From a virus (taxonomy: Duplodnaviria; Heunggongvirae; Uroviricota; Caudoviricetes), in the IMG/VR virus record IMGVR_UViG_3300009702_000014, positions 62,445-126,444 of that record: DNA of 64,000 bases; one strand, 5' to 3'. The notes beneath the pieces were generated by a model, which had not been told where the DNA came from, did no database searches, and saw nothing but the letters and a program-made list of their open reading frames with translations. The translations under genes and the position numbers were made by a program. Below, in pieces: positions 54,884-63,800 of the stretch. How positions within the stretch are numbered: position 1 is the stretch's first letter; the number at the start of each line of letters is the position of its first letter.

Positions 54884-55441
54884 TTGTATTATATCAGATT
54901 AGCCAGAGGAACTCAATCGGGAGAAATGGTGTTCAGGGGGGATATTGTACCCATGTTGGGGTTGAAAAAATCTCCCCAGGTATGCTATAACTATAGCTGG
55001 GGATGGGTGAGTAAGAAAATGAAAACGCCAGAGACAAAAGAAAAGAAGGCATTGGCTGATAGGGTCGTGCAAACAATGGGCTCATGGAGGTTCATCATCA
55101 TACAGAGCATCTTTTTGGCTCTGTGGATGGCCTTTAATACCATTGGCCACGCTTACCACTGGGACGAATACCCTTTTGTTTTCATGAATCTGATGCTGTC
55201 AATGCAAGCCGCATATGCCGCTCCTATTATTCTGATGAGCCAGAATAGACAAGTAGAAAACGACCGTCGGCAAGCTAATCTTGCGTATATTCTGACCCAA
55301 CAAACAGGAAGCAATGTACACACCGTAATTGAAGAAATTAAGGACTTGGCTGAAAAACTAGAAGAATTGGGGGATACGTTTGAAGATAAAACAAAGGTCG
55401 TAGATGAGGATACTACCGGTCTAGCCCAAGCAAAAGAGTAG
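54884..55441 (+). CDS. membrane protein (DUF1003-like two-TM protein)
   Basis: WRFIIIQSIFLALWMAFN and FMNLMLSMQAAYAAPIILMSQNRQ; likely start at internal Met MKTPETKEK. Confidence 0.35.
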   Translation: MYYIRLARGTQSGEMVFRGDIVPMLGLKKSPQVCYNYSWGWVSKKMKTPETKEKKALADRVVQTMGSWRFIIIQSIFLALWMAFNTIGHAYHWDEYPFVFMNLMLSMQAAYAAPIILMSQNRQVENDRRQANLAYILTQQTGSNVHTVIEEIKDLAEKLEELGDTFEDKTKVVDEDTTGLAQAKE

Positions 55442-55464
55442 CCGGAAGAGGGATTCTTCCAGCT

Positions 55465-56283
55465 TTATAATGCCTCCAGGTTATCAACAATGAAGCCGGA
55501 GGCATTTTTATGGCCCCCGCCGCCATACTTCTTGGCAATCGTGGAAACATCGAATGCACCCTCGGATACAAGGGAGAAGTGGACTTTTCCATCAACTCCA
55601 AAATAATATCCAGCTACAAAAGGAAAGTCCTTGTGTTTATTGGCTAGATAGTTGCCCGTTTCTGCCTGTAAAAGGGGTGTATTTACTGTGGGGACTTCAA
55701 AACCACCGATAGTGAGGAGACGCATGGTACGGTCTTCGATTCCCTCGATATGAACCTTCACATAATCGTAGATTGCTTGACCTTGGTTGAACATGGGGGA
55801 TGAGAGAGCATCGGGCCGTTCCAATTCTTTTTTAATCTTATCCCAGCCCGAAAAGGTGCGGGGCTGCGTAGAAAGGTAGTAGAAGAATTGCTTGGACTTA
55901 GGAAGTGACCAATGCCACAAATCCATATCCTCAACGTATCTTAACAATAACGGAACAGGAACTTCGGGGTTAAAATATTCCCACGCCAAAACAGCCGCCG
56001 AGTGCTCCTGATTGATATAGACGTAGGGTAAATCCCCTATTTCCTCTTCCGCGCTCTTATGGTGGTCAATGATTGTTAATGATTTCACGGAAGCGGCTAA
56101 TTCTTCGGTCTCTTCTCGTGGGAGAGTGTAGTCAATCATATAAACATCGGCATCAGAGCTGAGGTAAGGAACTGGCTTGCCATACGACATCTCTACATAT
56201 TTGGCTTCGGGGCCAAAATGTGACCATGCCGAATACGCGGAACCAAATCCATCCTCGTCATTATGGTGCAGAATGTAAATCAT
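55465..56283 (-). CDS. DHH-DHHA1 phosphoesterase (NrnA/oligoribonuclease-like)
   Basis: HHNDEDGFGSAY, IIDHH, GGGHKNASGF. Confidence 0.7.
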   Translation of the reverse strand: MIYILHHNDEDGFGSAYSAWSHFGPEAKYVEMSYGKPVPYLSSDADVYMIDYTLPREETEELAASVKSLTIIDHHKSAEEEIGDLPYVYINQEHSAAVLAWEYFNPEVPVPLLLRYVEDMDLWHWSLPKSKQFFYYLSTQPRTFSGWDKIKKELERPDALSSPMFNQGQAIYDYVKVHIEGIEDRTMRLLTIGGFEVPTVNTPLLQAETGNYLANKHKDFPFVAGYYFGVDGKVHFSLVSEGAFDVSTIAKKYGGGGHKNASGFIVDNLEAL

Positions 56284-56366
56284 ATATTTTCTCTTTCTAA
56301 AAAAGTGAATATCCCTCCTATCGCCAGAGAAGAAGGGATATTCTAAATGGGGTGGGGCACACTATT

Positions 56367-57023
56367 TTAATCGTCGTCTTGTGCAACCAGATTCGAATTG
56401 TCGTAGAAGTTGGCTACTTGAGTTTTTCCCGCATTGCGAGCATTAAAGTAGGCAGATGTGCTTGCATTAGTGGCATTTAGTCCCATCGTAGTTCCAGCGG
56501 CATCTGATGTGTACCTCATTACATTGCCCGCAGATAGGTTTAGGCGCTTCTGTAGAAGCACTTCGTCCTGATTAGCGACAAGGTAAACAAAAGTCCAACG
56601 CTCAGTAGCTTCCTTCTCCTTGATAAGACTTGCAATCTGCTCCTGATTAAACGTGCGTGAGGAGTTTTCTGCTCCATCCGTCACGACGACGACAAGAATA
56701 GCATCCTCAGTCCCTAATTCTATGGAGGAGAGGATATTGATGCCTTGTCCTACAGCATCGTACATAGCAGTAGTACCGTCGGGAATGTATGTTTGCTTGG
56801 TGAGCGGTGCTACGTCATAAATATTCGATTCAGTGTATGTTACTTCAACGGAGCCGTTGAATTGGATTAGTGTAGCTAGGATTTTATGCTCAGGATTGGC
56901 TTGGTTTTTAAGCACGAGAAGCTGTTCATTGAAACCGCTGATGGCTTCATCCCAGGCAGCCCCCATTGAACTACTTTTATCTAGTATAAGTGCAACATGA
57001 GTAAACTTCATGTACAACTCCAA
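56367..57023 (-). CDS. vWA-domain protein
   Basis: MIDAS ALILDKSSSMG. Confidence 0.55.
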   Translation of the reverse strand: MELYMKFTHVALILDKSSSMGAAWDEAISGFNEQLLVLKNQANPEHKILATLIQFNGSVEVTYTESNIYDVAPLTKQTYIPDGTTAMYDAVGQGINILSSIELGTEDAILVVVVTDGAENSSRTFNQEQIASLIKEKEATERWTFVYLVANQDEVLLQKRLNLSAGNVMRYTSDAAGTTMGLNATNASTSAYFNARNAGKTQVANFYDNSNLVAQDDD

Positions 57024-57090
57024 TCAATTACCTAATTATACTACCCTTCCATTCTGTTGTCAACAATGAGAAAGCCCGCAAAGCGGGCTT

Positions 57091-57468
57091 TCAATCAACC
57101 GGAATTTGTCTAGCTCTTTTATCCTTATGTATAGGAAGGGTTATCGAGAGAACACCGTATTCCATTTTAGCTTTAATACCTTCTTCATCATAGGAATCAG
57201 ATAATGTAAAACTCCTATTTATTCCAGATGTTTCCTTTCGTGCTGATATTCTAAGAATACCATTTTCAACCTCAACATTTATATCATCTCTGGAATATCC
57301 AGGCAAATTCAAAGAAAATGTATCTTCTTCTTTTCCCCTATTAAATTCACCTTGCCATAAATCTTTATCCCATGAGTACAGGGGTTGGAAAAGCCGGTTA
57401 AATTGGTCTAAAGAATTGCGTCGTGCCAACATTTTAAACCTTCTTAAACTTGAGTGTCTTACACTCAC
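57091..57468 (-). CDS. Hsp20/alpha-crystallin small heat-shock protein
   Basis: FSLNLPGYSRDDINVEVENGILRISARKE ... EYGVLSITLP. Confidence 0.7.
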   Translation of the reverse strand: MSVRHSSLRRFKMLARRNSLDQFNRLFQPLYSWDKDLWQGEFNRGKEEDTFSLNLPGYSRDDINVEVENGILRISARKETSGINRSFTLSDSYDEEGIKAKMEYGVLSITLPIHKDKRARQIPVD

Positions 57469-57498
57469 ATAATATTATAAATCAACAGTGATTATCTG

Positions 57499-57846
57499 TC
57501 AAGACCCCAAACATTCAATGTTATCATAGACTTCATCATAAATAATCAAGAGACTAACGTCAATATACCAGTGCTCTATGCTGCCTGGCGCAGCCACTCC
57601 AATCTGCACGGTGCGGAAATGACGATTAGATAGGGACCATGTTTGTCCCTTCTTATTAATTACGTTATACCATATTTCACCATTGATACCACAACCCTCA
57701 ACGGTATTAATTACAAGATATGCAGTTCCTTTTTCTAGCCCCGCCTCGTCAGGTGTAGGGCCAGAAGGTGTGTCCTTTCCAACATACGTACAAGGAATTA
57801 CCCATTGCTCATACTGCATTGGATTCTTCCCCTTCCTTAGTACCAT
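57499..57846 (-). CDS. hypothetical protein
   Basis: 115-aa ORF. Confidence 0.4.
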   Translation of the reverse strand: MVLRKGKNPMQYEQWVIPCTYVGKDTPSGPTPDEAGLEKGTAYLVINTVEGCGINGEIWYNVINKKGQTWSLSNRHFRTVQIGVAAPGSIEHWYIDVSLLIIYDEVYDNIECLGS

Positions 57847-58423
57847 CAGGAATCTTATTGTTTAAGGCTTTTATAGCATCATTGTATGCAATCATCGTAT
57901 CAATTTGGTGAATAACGTCAGACAAAGCGTTATGGGCAAGCCCCGTGCGACGCGGCACATCTAACTCAGGAACACCTAGATTGCGAATGGTATCCTTGAA
58001 TGTCCTAACGTCACGCCGACGCCAAAACATAGAAAACGGGTTGGTAACGTCGAGTTGGGCCGTTAACCTGTCCAAAATAGCAAAGTCAAAATCTGTTCCC
58101 TGCGCCCACGGGGTTTGTTGTTTCTTGCCCGTCCCAACCCACTTGTTAAGAGCTATAAGAGCTTCGCGTGTAGTCGTTGCCTTCTTATCGAAAAGAATAT
58201 TCTGAAAAACTTCACGGCGTTCATCAGCCATCCACCATCCCCATGTCCCCTTCTCAATCTTGCCATAGGAAACGGCGTCAGGTAGACTAATATTCTTATA
58301 GAAAGCATTATCTGTATCTACCTCACCAGCATTCAAGTCAAATTTAATCGCCGCAATTGAGATAACCGGCGCAGACTCACGTGCGGCTCCAAGGGTTTCA
58401 ATATCAACCATTATATGCTTCAT
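57809..58423 (-). CDS. 3'-5' exo(ribo)nuclease, Rv2179c-like / DEDD family
   Basis: MKHIMVDIETLG, FDFAILD, LAHNALSDV. Confidence 0.55.
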   Translation of the reverse strand: MKHIMVDIETLGAARESAPVISIAAIKFDLNAGEVDTDNAFYKNISLPDAVSYGKIEKGTWGWWMADERREVFQNILFDKKATTTREALIALNKWVGTGKKQQTPWAQGTDFDFAILDRLTAQLDVTNPFSMFWRRRDVRTFKDTIRNLGVPELDVPRRTGLAHNALSDVIHQIDTMIAYNDAIKALNNKIPDGTKEGEESNAV

Positions 58424-58618
58424 TCAGAGTCCTTTCTATTCTCTTCCTCTGGTGGCAAAAACTCAGAAAAAGGCTCGTCTCTAGGAAGAGGCGGCGATGC
58501 TATTGCTAAGAGTATTACAAATCCTAGTATTATACCCACTACCCACATTATTTCTGCTTCCCCTTATCAAGGACAGTTAAAACTCCCCTATTACGGGGAG
58601 TATTATATCTCAGGTTTT

Positions 58619-58633
58619 GATGAGAAAGATTAG
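58619..58633 (-). promoter_or_regulatory. copy of recurrent motif (minus strand CTAATCTTTCTCATC)
   Basis: plus strand reads GATGAGAAAGATTAG. Confidence 0.35.
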
Positions 58634-59289
58634 ATGTTAGGATTTTCCACTGCAAGGCACGCTTCTCCATAAGCATCAAGCAAATTGCCAAAGTCAGTAA
58701 TGGAAATATAAGCAAAACCATTATTACCCCAGGATTTGCCCCAAGAGTTCTTGATGCGAAGCAAGCCTTTTCCGACATTAATGCCATCTAGAACGTAACA
58801 ATGCCCACCTACGTTTGCACCTGTAGGGTGTATAACCCCATTCGCATCAGGCTGAAACATGTCCATGCTCCAGGCCGTACCTACGACTAGGGGACCAGTT
58901 GTTAAGAGACAAGTCTTTACATCTTCGATGTTTTGTGCCCAATGGTACGAAAGCACATACCCTTGTTCCTGTAAAATCTTGGCTCCTGCACGTACAGTAC
59001 TTCCTTGGTGGGGCTGAGGAAGGCCGTCGATGGCCTGTTCTTTAGCATAGAAACTTGCTGGGTCCTCAACAGGAGACTTATCCTTGGGGTGTTTAATTGG
59101 CCCGTCAGAAACCCAATGCATCCATCCATAAGCGGTACATTGCTCCGTGTGGCCTTGATTCCCCCACCAACCGTCTGCCCACCAGTACTTCCAGGTATTA
59201 TCTGTAGCCTTAGCGGGTAATTTTGCGCTAAGTGGAAACTTATTGTCTCTTTCGTCGGGAACATGAATTCTTCCTAATCCGTATTCCAT
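58630..59289 (-). CDS. papain-like (C1-type) cysteine peptidase
   Basis: QGHTEQCTAYGW (Cys), GGHCYVLDG (His), NSWGKSWGNNGFAYI (Asn). Confidence 0.55.
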   Translation of the reverse strand: MEYGLGRIHVPDERDNKFPLSAKLPAKATDNTWKYWWADGWWGNQGHTEQCTAYGWMHWVSDGPIKHPKDKSPVEDPASFYAKEQAIDGLPQPHQGSTVRAGAKILQEQGYVLSYHWAQNIEDVKTCLLTTGPLVVGTAWSMDMFQPDANGVIHPTGANVGGHCYVLDGINVGKGLLRIKNSWGKSWGNNGFAYISITDFGNLLDAYGEACLAVENPNI

Positions 59290-59940
59290 CTAATCCTCCA
59301 GTTGGAATCTAGGGTAGTAGTCGGTACCTCCATTGATGGGGTCCAACCAGTCTGAAACGCGTCGTGCATAGGTGCCTCCCTTATCATCATGATAGGTAAC
59401 GACAGCCTCCCCATCATAAGGGTATGACTTGAATATCGCAATCGAATCCACAGTGTAACTACCACCTTTATAATGCTTATATTTACGCCCCGGAACGGGA
59501 TATGGTGCTTTCATTTTTACAGCTTCCTGCTTTTCTTCTTCAGAGGGCTTTAAAATCCAGATTTCTGCACTCTCAGGCGCAACAACAATCCCTTCACCAT
59601 CCTGGGTAAAAAAGTAGAAATCCACATCTATTTCACAAATATACAGGTCTTCCCCTGGCTGGTCATGTATACTATACTTCGGATAGTCCTTACTCCAGTG
59701 GTCAAAATAAATGATTCTGTTTATATGTATCCGGTCTGAAAAGTTTATGTAATCTATAGATAGCAACGTGCCTTGTAGAGCATTAAGCTTAGCTTCTAAT
59801 TCCTTTTCATAATCTAACATATTTTTCCTTTCGTGGGGGAGGGGTCCAGTGCCGTAAACTACATTATCAACACGTCTTAGCGGAGTTCCATAAGTGAAAG
59901 CTGCCATTATGCTCCCTTCCTTACACACTATCTTATCCAA
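59290..59940 (-). CDS. hypothetical protein
   Basis: 216-aa ORF. Confidence 0.45.
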   Translation of the reverse strand: MDKIVCKEGSIMAAFTYGTPLRRVDNVVYGTGPLPHERKNMLDYEKELEAKLNALQGTLLSIDYINFSDRIHINRIIYFDHWSKDYPKYSIHDQPGEDLYICEIDVDFYFFTQDGEGIVVAPESAEIWILKPSEEEKQEAVKMKAPYPVPGRKYKHYKGGSYTVDSIAIFKSYPYDGEAVVTYHDDKGGTYARRVSDWLDPINGGTDYYPRFQLED

Positions 59941-59958
59941 AACATCGGTTACAACCGT

Positions 59959-60495
59959 TTATGGGTTTAATGGCCAAGGCCGCGTAGTTGTCAAAGTTAT
60001 AGCTAGAGTACCGTTTTTGTCAAACAGATATTCCCCCGTTTGCGGATGGCGCAGTAAGGTATAGATGCGAATTTCTTCTGCTTTTTCATCCAACTCGATA
60101 CGCTGCACGTCTTGGATGCCCGGAGAAAGAGCCTGAGCCAGTACATGCCCGATAACATTATCCCGATGTGAACCAGTTTCTAGAATAATCGGAGTATAGG
60201 AGGATGCTCGCGTAGAAATTACTACCTTGCCATATGAAGTAGGGAATTCTATGTGGTCCTCATATACTGTTGCGGTAATGGGGATATAAAAGATAGTACC
60301 GCCTTGAGTACATACCCTGTAGGCCCATTTTTGCTGAGCCCACTCGCTAGCCGTATCATCCCCGATAAGCACTTTATAGGTTGTGGGGACGCGATAATAG
60401 AAATCGAGGAGGTCCCCACACATATCAATATGCTCAAGTTTTAATTGAACTCCTATCCAAGAATCCAGCATTTTTTCGATGGTATAATTCTTCAT
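59959..60495 (-). CDS. hypothetical protein
   Basis: 178-aa ORF. Confidence 0.45.
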   Translation of the reverse strand: MKNYTIEKMLDSWIGVQLKLEHIDMCGDLLDFYYRVPTTYKVLIGDDTASEWAQQKWAYRVCTQGGTIFYIPITATVYEDHIEFPTSYGKVVISTRASSYTPIILETGSHRDNVIGHVLAQALSPGIQDVQRIELDEKAEEIRIYTLLRHPQTGEYLFDKNGTLAITLTTTRPWPLNP

Positions 60496-60496
60496 A

Positions 60497-60820
60497 TCAT
60501 ATCCTTCCGGTGTTGTACGCCGCCCTTTCTACTACTAATCCATCCACATAGGGGCCTTGGTAACAAATCCTGTCTCCAAGTACTTCTGCGTCCCCCGGAA
60601 CAGTATATTTCTTCCCTGTACCCAAGTCTGTTAGTATAAACGACGTTTCTACATGTTCTCCTTCCTCTTTGTCATAATAGTACTGTATTTTCAGACCTTG
60701 ATAGGTGAATTCATCTACGTATGAGCTGTAGATACTCGGACCCCCAACAAACTCTGTTGAATGGTACTTGACGTTATGGCCCGACCATTGAAGTAATTTT
60801 AATAGCACATCGTCATTCAT
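60497..60820 (-). CDS. hypothetical protein
   Basis: 107-aa ORF. Confidence 0.4.
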   Translation of the reverse strand: MNDDVLLKLLQWSGHNVKYHSTEFVGGPSIYSSYVDEFTYQGLKIQYYYDKEEGEHVETSFILTDLGTGKKYTVPGDAEVLGDRICYQGPYVDGLVVERAAYNTGRI

Positions 60821-60828
60821 ACGACTCC

Positions 60829-63800
60829 TTACCCGCAGTTTGAAGCTCCGCAGTCACGGCACAAAGTACAGCCTGATTCGAAGATTACATTTTCACCACC
60901 ACAAACAGAGCATGTAACTCCTTTAATCTCGGTACCGTTCTTAATATGAGATGAAAGGAACTTCTTGATAGCAAAGATTAGGTCTGTAACATAGACCTCT
61001 GGAACGCGGTCCAAAGCTGCCACAATGTTGGTCAATGGAATGTTATGACGGAGACACATGGAAACAAACTTAGCAACACGCATGTATCCCCCGTTGCCTT
61101 TGGTTTTTTCTTTTTGTACTTCAATCAAGTCAGGGTCAATCTCAAAGCGTTCAAGCAAGTCTACGAGTACTTTAACTGCTCCGTTTGCTTCACGAATATC
61201 CCCCGTGTTGTTCGTTTGAATCCAAAGTGCGATGGGGAATATTCTCTCGGAATCCTCGGGCAGATAAGAGAAATTCATGTAGAACTTCTGCCCTTCTCGC
61301 TTAATAATATGCATATCCCCATTTATAAACACATCAGGAAGCTTCAAGTCCTTTTTAATAACATCTGGCTGTTTAGTCTCTTTGGATTCCTCGACTTGTG
61401 AGAGGACTGCTTCCATTGAACCGGCTCTATAGGTTGTGAATCCATTTAGCCCGCGCTTCCATGCCTCCATATACAGATTCTTAAACTCTTCATAGTCGTA
61501 GTTATTTGGCACATTTAGAGTTTTGCTCGTGCTTTGGTTCATATTGCTTTGAACTATCTCTTGTATATTGATATGGTCCATAACGTTCAAGTCGTTGGTT
61601 GTAACCATGTAATATTCGACGGGCAACGAAAATAAACCTTCTTGCACTTCATAGTCCTCCGGGTAATTATCCATAACCCATTGAACTCCATAGTCCCTTA
61701 CAGTTTCGGTAATGCATAAACCTCGATTGTGTGGTTCATAAAGCCAGTTCGTTCCGTTATATTCTCCGGCCCACGCTACGGAGTCTCCCTGCTTTGTCTC
61801 CTTCAATATATCCTTAATATTCTCTTTTGTTAATCCCTTGGGCCAAGTATCAGCGATGTAGGTACGCTGGTATTCAGTCATAAACACGGGCTCAATACCA
61901 TTCGAAACAATATCACAGATAACCGACGAATTACCTAGTGGAGGATTCGTGGTTGTCTTACCGTTACGGACACCATTCTTACGGATTAAGTCCTTGGTTT
62001 CCTCGGAAATCTTTGTGAACTCGGTGAACCATTGAGTCGTTAGGAAGTTTTCATTGTAGGCGGGGAATGGACCCTTTTCGGCTGCCAACTCCGCAGACGT
62101 TCTCCAGGTCAATTCTTCCTTTAGGGCGGTGACTCTTTCAGTAAATTCATGCGCGTCTTTGGAATTATATGCAATACCCATCATATACAAGGCGGACCCC
62201 AAACCATTGATGCCCATACCATATTGACGCACATTTTCTGTGGCCCAATTATATTGAGGTAACGCATTGTTTGTTAAGTCATTAACATTATCCAAAGCCC
62301 GCGCAAAGATAGGAATATCTTTCTTTAACTGGTCCCAGTCAAAACTCCTATCATCCAAAACGTACTGAGTCAAGTTGATGGACCCCAAAAGACATACGGT
62401 ACTCGTAAGTGGGTTGCCACCAATCTCACCACACGGGTTTGTGGCGTTCAATGGACCAAGGTAAGCCAACGGATTATTGCGCTGCATACTGTCATAGAAC
62501 AAAATACCCGGTTCTGCACGGTTGTATGTAGACTTCATAATTAGGTCATACAACTCACGGGCCTTAATACGCTTGTAAACCTTACCGTCAAAGTGCAAAT
62601 CGTAGAAGTCGTCAGCTTCAACGGCTTCCATAAACTTGTTGTCCACGATAACAGACATATTGAATTTTGTTAGACGGCCCGGTTCCTGCTTCGCTCGTAC
62701 ATACTCTTCGATATCCGGGTGCCAAATAGGCAGAACAGCCATCTGAGCACCTTTACGAGCTTGCTTCTTCATTTTAATAGAAGCATCTTTACCCATTTCA
62801 TCTAAATAATTCTTAATCGTATCTTGATATCCGTCATTGTTACCCATGACAATAACTGTCGCTACTTTATCCCAGATATCCATATAATGAATCACACCAG
62901 GGTGAGTGATACCTATACTTTTAATAACAGAGCCACGCGGCCGAATAAAACCAAAATTAATACCATACCCTCCCTCCGACTTGAGGGTTTCTGCCTGTTC
63001 CAGCAGAGTGAGCATGATATTCTTTAGATTGTCACCAGTATCGTCTGTATGGTAAGTAACATCAATAGTTTTGTCCGTATTTGGCACAGGGCGTTGGTAG
63101 GAGATGGTCGCGTTTTTTACAGGCCCATTAATGAAGCAGTTGCCACTAAAAATACCTCCTGAAAGGGTAAAAGTTGCAGTTTTTGGCACAACCGCACAAT
63201 ACACTTCTTCCTCACGCAATAGTGGAGTAATGCTAACAACCTTAAACTTTAGGTTACGAGCGTTGTATAGAATTAGTCTTTTGAGTAAGCTACTACGCTT
63301 ACCCAAATTAGTTTCTTCTGAGTGGTAATCCGTTCTATATCCAGTTGCAATGTATCCCGCAAAGGGAGCATTCTCCTGCAACCATCGAAGGCCCTTTAGG
63401 TTGGTTGAAGAAAGCTCTACCCGTTCGTCACTGAGTATGCTCCCGTCAGCAGCTAACCAGCCTTTGATAAAGCCTGAAATGTAATTAGGGTCAGTATCCG
63501 TAGGAAGCTCTTTGAAGTTTATAGGGCTTCTAACGTAGGTGATTGCATCAACACCACCCCAGTCAACACCTTTAACATTGTCAAACATGGAAGAGTACTG
63601 TAAATCTTTTTGACCGAAAAACCTTACTTCAAACTTATAGTCTCCGTTTGCGTAGCTGTAAGCCCTCCAGCCACCACCAAAAACAAACCCGTGTTGGAAT
63701 CCGTAGCGGTAGTTCTCCGAAGTAGTATCTACCTCTGCCACCTGAGCAGGAACAACATCTCCTACACGCAACGCTGTCGTTTCAGTTCCATCCGAGAGTA

